Under the pieces are notes generated by a model. It ran no database searches, was not told where the DNA came from, and saw only the letters and a list, made by a program, of their open reading frames with translations. Positions 23,901-36,439 of a stretch of DNA of 64,000 nt are shown piece by piece. Position 1 is the first letter of the stretch. The number at the start of each line of letters is the position of its first letter. Made by a program: the position numbers and the translations under genes. The stretch comes from Azolla caroliniana. Its lineage: Eukaryota > Plantae > Polypodiophyta. The DNA lies in NCBI GenBank assembly GCA_043228905.1, contig JBHGNT010000001.1:4836001-4900000 (forward strand), given 5' to 3'.

Positions 23901-26480
23901 TATCACCAATGGATTCTTAAACAAATCCTTCTTTATAAAAACTTTCCATAATTCAAAATTGTCACAATTCAATTATGTACTCTTACAGAGGCAATGCTAA
24001 CCAAAACAACACATCGATCATTCATAGAGTGAGATTTTTCTGCGAATGCTTCAAAGAGACTAAAATTTCAGTAAAAAAATGATTCTTACTCAAAACTAAA
24101 TTTCACCCAAGTGCTCTCTAACAAGAGGGCCTTCAAAAGAATGTTATATGATGGTGTGCAAGTCTTAATGCAAATGTGACTTTATAACTGCAATAAGACA
24201 TTCACTATATCCAATCGAATAGACATGTTGTACACCAACTTTCATTATAATTTTGATTTGGGTTGTGAAAAAGGTGTCAATGTGTTTCGACTCCTTGTGT
24301 TGTAAAGCCTACTTCTTTGGAAAACATTGCCTTGGTGCACTTGTCTCAAACTAAACTATGAACACTTCATATAAACAATAGAACATCAAACCCAATGGCC
24401 CAAACATAACCATCCCATGACCTTAATGTTTCAAAACAAAAGTTGCACCATCGTACCATCATGTTTATATATTTAACTTTTAAAAAACATAACCCCAAGA
24501 ATACAATCAATTATACGTGGGGACCTCCATTGGAATATTTGGAATTAGATTGTTAAATTTATCATTTGGGTAGTTATTAGCAATGGGTTATGCATGAAAG
24601 CCCACTTTGGTCAACCCAAGAATAATCATTAAGTGTTTGGGAGGTGCAAGCTTTTGGGAGTGTGTTGGTCAATCAATAATCACTTTGTAGATTTTGGAGA
24701 TGATTGTTAACTCACTAAAAGCAAGTATGATACAATGCAATACAACATACCATTGTACAATAAAGTCTAACGTTTCTTGATGTCTTATCATACGATCTTG
24801 AACTATACCTATCATAATTATGTCTTCATGTGCTACCAAATAGATGATGATTGATGAACTACAATCTTGAATTTGTGTATTGGAACAAGATTGAACATCC
24901 CTTTCTCAACCAAATCGCGGCAGGACTGTTTGTGTTCTCATTATTTGATCATATACATGGTGAGGTACTCATTTAAATATTGTTCCCCCCCCTTTCCCGC
25001 AATTAGTGGATCTTAAATTGAAAAGAAATAAAATATACGTTCTAGCATGTCGCTTCAACCAAGGATTGGTTTGCAACACCGACTTCTAGGACCTATCTTT
25101 TGTTGATCAATCAACTCTCTTCCTAACTTGTGTATGTCAATCCAAGGTCCCTCCACAAGGGGGTCACTTGAACAAAAGTGTCTTTATATGTATAAGAAGT
25201 TTAATGAATCACTCTCTTCCATACCTCATGCATTTTAGTTCAAGTTCCCTTTGTCAAGAGATGTCGGAGCAAAAGTTTCTTTGTATGTAAAGTTTAATGA
25301 ATAAACCAAAGTTTTAAGGTTGATTTCACTTTGCATAATTTTATATAAGCAAGATGGGTTGAATCATTATATCAATCTTAGATTCTTATGATAAAAAAGA
25401 ATGCAATCTCAAATTCACAACCAAATTGCATGATGATCCAAATTTACAATATTTGTGCATAACATTGATACACAAAAAGATAGCAACACCATTTTACAAG
25501 GATAAGATTTTTTATTATGAATTGCCACAAAGAGTATACATAAGTATCAAGGCACAAAAACCTTATCTTTGATTGGTTCAACAAGTGTCCACATGGCTTC
25601 TTTTTTTTAGTCTAGACCTTAACCACACATTCCTAAAAACTTAAGACAAAGGAATTCTCGTTTTAATTGTTGCTCAAGAAATGTTTTGATCTAGCCTACT
25701 AAAATCAAATCTACCACCCTAGCAAGACATTTATCTCCCCCTCCCCCCTCTCTCTCGAAACCATAAGAGCTTAACCACTCTTTTTAACTAAGAAGCTATA
25801 AGTGGGATGTTCAACTTGGCATTTGCGTGAAGTTGGAGATTGGGATCTTGCCTAGTTGATATGTAACAATAGAGGAAAAGTACACGAAACCATTATTCAG
25901 ACTTACCCAAGCACCCTAAGATATGTTTTGTTATAGCAAGTTATCCATAATGGAACATAGTTAGTGTTCCTCGACTATAGGTCCTGAAAGTTTCTTCTGG
26001 CTTTGCATTTCAACACAAGACATTGGTGGGGTTCGATTTTGGACACTTATGGGATACAAATTTTGGGGCAATCAAATTCTAAACCATGGATTGGCGATGC
26101 ATACCATCTCGAACAAACCCCATCTCTTTTGTTATGTGTTTGGTGACACAGGCAAGCACGCATATATATATGGTTGTATACCTGTGACTAGAGTTATGCC
26201 TTGCTAAAGAAGAATGCAGGAGGGAAACTTTTGAAAGGCCTTCCCCCTGTTTTGTTTGATTCTTTGTTTCCCCGGAAAATGCCCCTATGTGGTTGCTGAA
26301 GAATAGTTATAGCACCATGTGCGAGGAGGGTAGAACGAAAACTCAGGGGCATATGGGGGAGATAAAGAGAAACTTGGGGGTATTTCGGGGGTTCTTCCAA
26401 ACATGAAAAGGAGACAGAACAAATGTGAGAGAGAAAGAAAAGAGGGGAGAAACTATTGTTACCCTCGGCCTATCAAAACA

Positions 26481-28301
26481 ATGGAGAGAGTTCTCCCCTT
26501 TGCTCCTCCTGCTCCCTTCTCTTCTTCTTCTTCTTCTTCTTCTTCTCGGATATGGCTCGTTCCTTCTTGCTTTCCTATACATCCTCATCTCTCCCTTCCT
26601 AGTTTAAACCCCAAAAGTCAGTGGCACAGGCACAGGGCAGCAGCTCGGCCATGGAACTCTGAAGTTAGAGGAAGATATGGTTTTTTAGGTCAGGAATCAA
26701 AATGCTCAGTTTCTGATGTATCCATTTCTTCTGAAGATGACTTTATCTTCCTAGATGTGGAGGTATGTTTCATTTTTCACCTGACACTTTTTTTTCTTTT
26801 TTCTTTTTCTCTTGTGTACATTTTTCATCGAATAAATTTTGGTTTGATGCATGTCTCAACTGAATATTTATGTTGGTGTGCTTACAATAATAATATGTTT
26901 TATGAAGTTCAGTATTTGCAAACCTATAATATTGATCAAAGAAAGATCTATTTATACATTACATATACAAATATATATGTTGCAACTGTAGAAGGAACTC
27001 TACTCTTTGTTTATGTGAAAGGAATTTGGCCTCATTTATGAATCAGTTTCTTTTCTGTTCTTGGTCTTTATGAGAGGAATTTGTATGGTGTATAATTCAT
27101 CATGTGTGTATTGTTGCCATAGAAGGATACTCAATTTCAAATTGATTGCTTTCGTTAAAAATAAACTACATGGATTGCAACAATATAGAGGGTTGCAATA
27201 TATACATGTGGTAAGGAATTTGAAATGCCTACTTTTTTTCCCCGCATAACCATGTGCACACTAAGGAAGAAATGTTCCTAGATGGGTTGTGATGATATAT
27301 AAATCAGTTTTCTGGATGGGTTTCTAGATGGATTTTTAGACATATAATTAAGTTTTCACACATCACATGGAAACATTGTTTCAGGGCATGTCGTGTGGTG
27401 GTTGTACATCGTCTGTAAAAAAGATTCTGGAGTCACAGGTAAAAATCTCTTATCTTGCATAACTGTAAGTCAGTTAGAAAATTATAAGTTTGTGGCTTTT
27501 GATGATCTTGGAATGTTGAAAGGCTATAATTCTTATTCTTCATTTTGTTTGGCTCCATTTCAATCCCTTTCAATTCATAATAGATACAGAAGACAGTTTT
27601 CATCAAGGCAACCAATAGTAACTTGGTAATTACTTCGATGAAAATAGCATTCAACCTCAAAAACGTGACCAAAAGTAATAGGGTTCAAACAAGTAGACTT
27701 GATATTCAAATGGGCCAATAATAGTAAAGATAACAGAGGCTTCGAACCATTCCATGTGTTCCTGTTCAGAACTTGTGCTCTTATTAGTGCAATTATCTTC
27801 TGTAATTCGATATTATATGGATGTGGATTAAGTGTTTCTAAGTGGATTTTATTTCAGCCGCATGTTATTGATGCTTCAGTAATTCTAGCCACGAAGTCAG
27901 CTGAAGTGAAAGTATCACTTGCTTCCTCGGGTAGCTCAAAAGGAGAGATCGGACAAGCCCTCGCAAAGCATTTATCAAATTGCGGATTTGAGTCACGTGT
28001 GCGAGGTATGATGGAGCTTACTAATCTGACTATGAAAGTTCTGGTTCTTTTGGCATGCAAATTGAAAAATTGCCAAAAGTGAATCCTTAATTAATGGTGT
28101 CTAATCTATTGCCAAAAGTGAATCCTTAATTAATGGTGTCAAATTAGATTAGAGAGATATGCCCAATATGTTGTGGATGACCACATCCTATTATGCAAAG
28201 GGTTCAACGTGCTATCCTGTTATGCACTGCTGTTTCTGGGTTCTTGCGGTTTGTGTGTTGAGATGATTCCAAGGTACAAAAGCATGTTGTCAGAGAGAGA
28301 G

Positions 28302-28332
<31 letters not shown>

Positions 28333-28435
28333 ATTTTTTATTATGCAATCCTTTCTAACTAAGAAATTGCATAATAAAACAGAATACACTTCCTAAGCAA
28401 TTTTTGGACCTAACTTTGCAGAAGAATCGGTTTGA
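26481..28435 (+). CDS. PCH1: Plastid copper chaperone: transit peptide plus one HMA domain homologous to the PAA1/HMA6 N-terminus, 4 exons, ~165 aa
   Basis: Exons 26481-26762, 27385-27438, 27858-28005, 28422-28435. Protein: S/P-rich transit peptide, then IFLDVEGMSCGGCTSSVKKILESQPHV..ASV.L.T..A...LAKHLSNCGFESRVREESV*. Has the CGGC and HxxxCGF motifs of PAA1/PCH1. The last exon is the least certain. Confidence 0.8.
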
Positions 28436-29223
28436 GCTTAAAAAAGGAGCTGTGTATCAAACTGGCATTGATGGATTCATTGAACTACCTAAAAGGAATC
28501 GTCAAGCTGTAACTTTTGTTCTGGATTCTTATGAAAACATTATTTGGAAGTTTATTCTTGTGTATCTTTATGGTTAAAAGTTTCAAGTAGTGTATCATTG
28601 CATATCTTCATGTACATTTGGTTCCTTTGTAAATTGTATAGAGAAGTGAACTTGTTGACCTTGCAGATACATAATAATACCTAAAGTATACAAATTGGCA
28701 AAAATGTTCATGCATATAGATAATTATATCTATTTTTGGTAACCAACCACCACACCATTAGGTTAGTATCAGCTATCCTGTGATAGTGTAACATTAAGAA
28801 AGTTCATAGCCCGTGCAAAAGTTAAATTTATGTTTCTTTGTATAGCAAAATCAAGGCATAACCTTGACCATGAAAAACTAAGTAAATGATGTAATCAACT
28901 TTCATTCAATATTCTACTCTATCAGAAAATAAGGCCTGTCCATTGTCTACAGAAGGAAATTATGGATGCGGTTAAGTTTGACATGAAACACAAAACAAAG
29001 TAAAATTAAAAAAATTATATCATTGCTTAAGGTAAACCATAAAAAATGACATACAAATTTACTTTCTTTTCATTCAACACTCTATTCGATCAGAAAATTA
29101 AGTTATTTTATGAATCTGTACAAATAAATTCCTGATATTACTACACTTGAGATGAAAAACTAAGTAATAAGCTTAAGCATTAAAAAGTTCTATGCATCTA
29201 ATGAGCTTCTCTTGGAAGATTAC

Positions 29224-29478
29224 TTGATGTTATTTCACACTTTTACATCCACAGAATATAATTCCTCAATACCAAGATTCTGTAAAGAAACGTATATACT
29301 ATAAATTTAAATGATATTCAAGTTTTGCTCCAGTACACATTTAACATAGTTGATGTTATTTCACACTTGTACATCCACAGAAAACAATTCCTCAATACTA
29401 GGATTCTGTAAAGAAACGTACATATTATATAAATTCAAATGATATTCAAGTTTTGCTCCAGTACACATGTAACATAGT
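29224..29478. repeat. ~126-bp direct repeat x2 between the convergent PCH1 and HVA22k 3' ends
   Basis: TTGATGTTATTTCACACTT...CCAGTACACAT.TAACATAGT starts at 29224 and again at 29350. Confidence 0.9.
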
Positions 29479-29816
29479 AACATCCACGCTTAACCCTCAG
29501 AGACACACATCCATATGCATACAAAATGGTAGTCAAATAAATAGAAGCATATTTTGCGATAATTGAAGTTTTATTGCCACTCCTACAGTAAGTTTATGTA
29601 ACATCTGAGCAAATTTCCACAGTGATATTCTGAAACAAATGCAGAGAACATGTGTCTAATTTCTAGTGTATATGATATAATGATATCCATAATCTATTTT
29701 CACTAGATTTGACGTTCATGCATTTTTTGTTACTATTTACAATAACCAATATTGGCATACATAGAAAACAATTATATACGTGACAAGTTTGTTTAAACTA
29801 ACAACTTGTTTTTCTT

Positions 29817-32800
29817 TTAGTTACTGGTGTCGACTGGAACCATGCCATCACCCTCCGCATCTGGAACATCATCTGCAACTGGTGCAGGAGATCTGTCAAG
29901 TCTTGGTTGATTTGACGATGATGAGCTTGGCCCCAAGAAACTATGTTGAACTAAAGAAAGAGCAACAAAATCATACCAGTCTAAAAATTGAATTATTATA
30001 ATAAAAAAGTAAAAAGGGAGTCCTTTATCCTGAAACAATTAAGAGTTTTTAAATATTTCATCTCTCCAAATATTTCAGCTTTACAGAGATTTTGACATAG
30101 TGGTTTCAGGGCCCGTGCGTGCCCTTTCCACCCTCTCCATTTGTACGAGAAAACAAGGTGAAACGCAATTTTTAATAATAGAAAACCAGATGAAAGGTAT
30201 TTTATAAGCTGATGAAACGAAGGTAAAGTAATTTTAGGTTAATTTAAGAAGTCTACCTGATTTCATTAATTTCTGAGCTCCATGTTGTAATAGGTCGATC
30301 TCCTTCTGGTGTGAAACCACAAAATTGGTCTGCACAAAATTGGTGTTTGCAGTTTAACAAAATAAAGTTGTATGTAAGATATAGCTATCTATTACATAAA
30401 CTAAAATAATAAAAAGAAATAACTATTCCAATGAAGTTAGGTTGTGAGAGCAACAAAAGAAGCAAAGAAACTCATGAAAAGCTCAGTAAAATAATTGTTT
30501 TTGTTTCTATTTAAATAAATCTACAAAGAATTTTTCTTGTTGATGAAATTGCATTAATCAGATTAATTTGTAATTGTGACTTTGTGAGTGAAAAAACATA
30601 TAACATTTCTAGGTATCGCAATAACAACAAATTTATTTGTTTAAAATATCATCCAGGCCTACACTAAAAAGGGAGGTGTTCGATGAAATAAAACACCTTC
30701 ATCTTTCACTAACAGCTTTGCTGCCACAGTTCAAAATTTCAATCATTGAGCAATTGATAGAATGTTTCTCTCATTTCCAACAATGAATAAATGCATTATC
30801 CATGGGATAAGCATGACCCCAATGATTGTTAAAAAACGTTAAAGACACGATGCATCTTAAGAAACCCCAAAATTGTATGGGAATGAAACAACAATTTCAA
30901 TTAATCCAATTTTTCATCAATAGAAATCACAAAACACACAAAAATAAGGTTAAAAAATGTTGAACAAGAGGAATTCCTAATCAAAACACTCACTCTCTCT
31001 CACACACACACAATCAAATCAAACTTCACTTACAATTGCATTTTGAGCTCCATACACGACTCTGTCTAGAATGACTTCATGCTTCATAAGGAAGGGGCGC
31101 ACATGATGCATGAAGCAATATCGAGCACCCTACATAAATGAATTAACTTTTTGTGACAATAAGTTTTACATCAAAAGTTCATAGTGAACATATAAGCACA
31201 TTGGCATTTCTACAAACATCAACTGACATGCACCACTGATTAGCAAGAAAGATTCAAACAAGTTACAATTCATGATAAAAATGCAAACAGCAAGGATTAA
31301 AATGCAGTAAATTGAATGCTCTTGTCATTAAAATAAAATAAAAATGTGGATGAAAAATGAATAAGATCGGAAAAGATCCAAGAGATGTCCCATGTTCTCA
31401 AAGAATCAACATTTCAAAACCAAGCACCAGTTCCAATTTTTGCAGTAAATTAGTGCATACAATGAAACAAATTGTGTCAATATAATGGCCAAATTCATTT
31501 AAGTTTGAACAGACCCTAAAATAGCATATAACATATACCAATCCTATGGGGGTTTTCATACTAATGGAATGTCACTGTCTATCCCTGCCCCCAAAATGCA
31601 AAGGAAAAATGGCTAAAAGAGCGTGAACTCACATCACTTATTGGAAGTTGAAGCCATATCAGTAATGCAAGCTTTGCATGATAATAATATGGAAACCTGT
31701 TGAAAAATAAAAAATACAACATTTGGTCCACATCTCTAGAACTACAAATAAAATCTTTTAACTTGAGGAAAGGAAAAGTGAGCTTGCGCCAACAGATGTA
31801 CCATGAAAGCAGTTTATCTGAGAAAATTTCGACTACATTGAAGCAACCATATACTGCAGCCAATGATTAATTAGAATCTCATGCATTGGTTACTAAAACC
31901 TCTCTCTCTCTCTCTCAGTCGAAGTGTGCACCCTTAATTGTGACATTCATTACTATAATTCTTGAACATCGAGAGTTACTACTCACTTTCACATATATTA
32001 TGTGAATTTTATATTTTATAGGTCATGTTTGACCTCCAAAGACAATAATAAAATCTATCCATCGAATTATCTATCTCTGCTTGTTGCCTTGGTGGTTTAC
32101 ACTGTAGAATCGAAGTCATAAAATTCCATCTCTCCATCTCCTTCACTATGGGTGGTTGTATTAATTACAATGTTGTCCAAAAATCACAAACAACTATATC
32201 TGATAAAGAAACCAAATACCTAGGAACTAAACCATCCATAATAATCCTCTCCTCTGTCCCTCTCTTTCCCCCTCCCTACCTTCATATATGATGTCTGTCA
32301 AAGTAGTTTCTTCTATATAATGAATCTGTATTATACCTATTTTTAAGTTTCTAGATGGGATAATGCAGTGATCCTACCTGAAATTATGTACACATAACCA
32401 ACCAAGTGAAGAGCCCTCAATCAACCAGGTCAAACCCTGGAACAAACATAATACTTTGCCATTCAAAATATTTAATGAAAAAAGTTACCTGTCCAATAAA
32501 TCAACCATTTCTCTTGCTCTTGCTCTTGCTTGTGCTCAAGTGCTTTGAAAGTTGAATACACTGGAAAACCTACTCCAACAGCAACACTACATGTATAAGA
32601 CAAACGAAATCAGTCCAAACTATTGCAATTCTGAGTTGTTTGAAAAACACCCAAAAAAGCCACAGATTTAGAGGTTGAAAAAACATGACTGAAATTTGTA
32701 AAGACTCAAGTTAATAATGAAAAATATATATCCAAAAGTATGGAAATCTAAATGTTTGTCCTAGGAGCACCTCAATGAGAAAAACCTATCAGGAAACATG

Positions 32801-33143
32801 CTAAGAAATTCAGTATTTACAAGTGGTGAAGACGGTGATGTCACATAGACACAAAATGTTGGCTCAAGTTGCAAATAGACACAAAGAAAAAGGGTTTCGC
32901 ATAAGAGGAACGTGAACACAATGGGTATTAAGTACATCCTATAGTGGACGCCTAGGAGGGTCAGTGACATAAATTATCTTCTCCGTAATTTAGGTACCAC
33001 CAACAATTGCAAGTTATTCTTTGTTCTGAATATATAGCCTAGATTTAAAAAGTCATCATCCAAGTTCACATTATCAATGCCCATGTGCACAGTCGTCGGC
33101 TCATGCAGCAGACAAGAATGTGTCAAGATATAGTCGTGTGCTT

Positions 33144-33202
<59 letters not shown>

Positions 33203-34914
33203 ATAGATCAAATGTGTCATGAAGAAGAAGAAGAAGAAGAAGAAGATGATGATGATGACAACGACAACGATGATTGACAAAGGCACAGTGTGGGTGTGTG
33301 GTAAGACATGTTGCAACCACAGGACATGCCCTTATATAGTAGCCCCCATGCATAAGGGCTAAACATGTCCATTCCCTTGCCCATGCAACATTAAGGTTTT
33401 TATCCACCTCCACACCCAGGGACAACTTAAAATTATGCCACAACATTTTTGTTCATGTTAAGGTGTGTCCTCGCAACCATAGGAAATGCCCTTATAGACT
33501 AGCCCCCATGCATAAGGGCTACTATACATGTCCATTCCCTTGCCCATGCAATTAAGGTTTTGTATCCACCCCCAGCCCCACACCCAGGGACATCTTAGAA
33601 CGACACCAAAACATTTTTGTTCATGTTAAGGCATGTCCTCACAACCATAGGACATGCACTTATATAGTGGCCTCCATGCATAAGGACTCTTGTGCATGTC
33701 CAACCCGTTGTCCACACACATACGAAGTGATATCTGAGAATGGCACCATGACACTTTTGGTCATGACAGAAAGGCAAACCTTCAATGCTGATATAGATTG
33801 TAACAAGTTGGAAACCGTTTATACCATTCTTTAAATATGCCAAAAAAGTGTGTGCATATGAGAACATACCAAACATCATCAATTTGCATAAATCTCATTA
33901 TTGACTGAGAATGTGCATTTTAAGACATACAAGAGAACATTTCAAAAATATTACTGATCCAAAAGTTTACCTTCAAAATTATGCTTTCACAATGTGGTTT
34001 TGGATAACATCACATACCATGCTGTCCGTGATATAATGGTCGATGAAACTGGGGAGAGAAGCAACCGCAATCCCACCTGCAGATAGATAGATATAATTCT
34101 CCTTGAGTCCAAACTGATGAAAAACAAAATGTTTACGTCAACAGAAACGGTTACTAAAGGAGGCTGTATCTCCTTTATGTACATGGTGATCTTAACTTAT
34201 TATTGGAGTGAAAGAAATATGTAAACCCTTTGTGAACTATGGGTTGTATCCCTGTTTTAGGTTGTCACTGTGCATCATTACTTGGATGGTGAAAGAAAAT
34301 ATTTGAGTTAATTCATGTAACAAATAGAGTCACTACCAGAAGGCACATTATCTATTTCCCAAACAACGTGAAAGAAGGTTAACAGAGTATGTAAATATAT
34401 CTCTCATAGCATTAAAGTCATAAAATTGAGAAAACCAAAGTTTGATTCTAGCAATGAGGTCAACCCCATGGTCATAGATCATATTGCGTCTCCAGTGGAC
34501 ATTAATAATTGATCTATTTATTGAACTTTCTCTCAATTCGAGGATATTAAAACATTGACAGCAGCAACAAAAGACATAATACCAAGTCTCTCACCTGGAT
34601 TTAATTTTTCTTTGGTCTCGTAGATCATCTTTGGTCTTTAGAAGGTTTCATTTTGAGAGACTTGAAACAATGGCACATTAAAATTAACCCCTTGTAATAC
34701 TCTTTTTCTTACAAAGCTTAACTGTTATGTTTCTCTTTGGAGGACCCTGTAATAGTGCGCTCTCTCTCTCTCTCTCTCTCTCGTCATCACCTGTGGGCGT
34801 GCGCTTATGTATGTTCAAGATGATGAAAAGGAAATTCCAGAAATTTAGTATAGGGTGTCGCTCTCTCTTCTCACTCTCTCCCTCTAACACAATGAATTCG
34901 GTAACATATACGGG

Positions 34915-34957
<43 letters not shown>

Positions 34958-34991
34958 CATCGCAGCCGAATGAAGTTGCAAGGAATGCCAT
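29817..34991 (-). CDS. HVA22K: HVA22-like protein k (TB2/DP1/REEP family), 8 exons, ~202 aa
   Basis: Exons 34991-34959, 34076-34018, 32586-32489, 31853-31802, 31696-31633, 31129-31034, 30329-30257, 29950-29817, all in phase. Protein MAFLATSFGCDVGLRLLLSP..RTACVAVGVGFPVYSTFKALE..KWLIYW..YG.F..VE.FSDKLLSWFPYYYHAKLALLIWLQLP matches HVA22k. Confidence 0.92.
33300..33705. repeat. ~160-168-bp tandem repeat (about 2.5 copies) with an internal inverted repeat, in HVA22k intron 2
   Basis: Core GGACATGCCCTTAT...ATAAGGG..CATGTCC at 33322, 33482 and 33650. Confidence 0.85.
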
Positions 34992-35804
34992 AGCCAACGA
35001 CGCCGAGGAAAAGAAAGAAAAAGAGAATGATTTCTCTTCTTCTTCTTCTTCTTCTTTGCAAATTGAGAGGAAGAGAGCGAGAGCGTGTGGGTGTGTGTGT
35101 GCGCGGCTTTGCTTCTTGCGGTCAAATCATCGCTTCCCGCTGGACATAAACTGTTGTGGTTTCATTTTCCTCTGGCAGCACGAACTATCCATCTTCTCTG
35201 CGCCTCTCTGTGTGTGTCTCTGTCTCTCTGCGACTGACACACAGTAATGTCTTGAACGCCCAATGAGTTTTGGTTTCCCCTTCCCTTGCCTTTGCCCTTG
35301 CCAATAATAATAATGCATATACACATTTTATAAGCTTTTTGTTGTATGATCATCGTACAAGTCACCATGACTAATAGAGGTGTGCGAACTCATTCATTCA
35401 TTCATTCATTCATTCATTCCAAAGTCCTCTATTTATTTATATAGAGCATTTGCCATTTGCAACCTTAACTATTCTATATGCTATATATAGATTTCCAAGT
35501 ACCCGAATGACTAACAACATCCTCGTTACAAAACATTCAAAACACTCCAAGCCCATTTTAGATGTTGGGTTAAAAAAAAAACGCAAGTAATTACATACAT
35601 ACAACGTAATAAACGCGTTCGTGCAAGCATACAAACGTTTGGAAACGAATACGTTTGAAAAGGGAAAAATACGTATTCCTTTTTTCTTTTTCTTTTTTTC
35701 CTTTTCTATTATTAGAAATTAGCTAACCCTCGTGGTAAGTTGTTGTGCTACTATTGCTTATTTTCTCACCTCTCCCTCCCTCCCTCCCTCCCCCCCCCCC
35801 CCCT

Positions 35805-35840
<36 letters not shown>

Positions 35841-36439
35841 AGTGTCATGTCATAATAAAATTTTATGTTAGTGTCATGTTTTCTTCATATTCTCGAATGT
35901 ACGTTTTATGTGTTTTTGAACGTTTGATTATAATTTATAATGTCATATTTTGATTCGATCTCTATAGTTCATACTCATTTTTTTGTAAACCATTGATAAT
36001 TACAAGATGAGCTCATCATCAATACAAATTACAATTATGCCTTTGAATTATTTGATTCTTATGTTCGTGCTTTCTAATGTTTAGTAGTTAAGTAAATCCT
36101 AAGTTTTGAACTTTCAATTGTGTTGACATTTGATTGAATAGGCCATAGTCATTTTCTGAAATTCCAATCTTTATTTATTTTTCTACCTTATAAATCCAAT
36201 CCAACTTTGAGATGATTTACCATACACGTTTGGTTGGGTCATTGTCGAATGCGAATGCACGTATGTTACGTATGGTTCATTCTATACGTACATTATACAT
36301 ACATACATACAGACAGACAGACAGACCACTGACCAGCGCATTTTCTCCTACCGAGTTTTTTCTGTGTTTATTTTGGGGGATGATGTTCTTCTTCATCGAG
36401 TTCTTCTTCTCTCTTGCTGCGTGAAATTCGCCATCGCCG

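Noticed and set aside
26403-27041. 212-aa single-exon ORF from the track
   Set aside because: It is PCH1 exon 1 read through its intron. The upstream ATG at 26403 would add a basic leader unlike a transit peptide, so 26481 was preferred.
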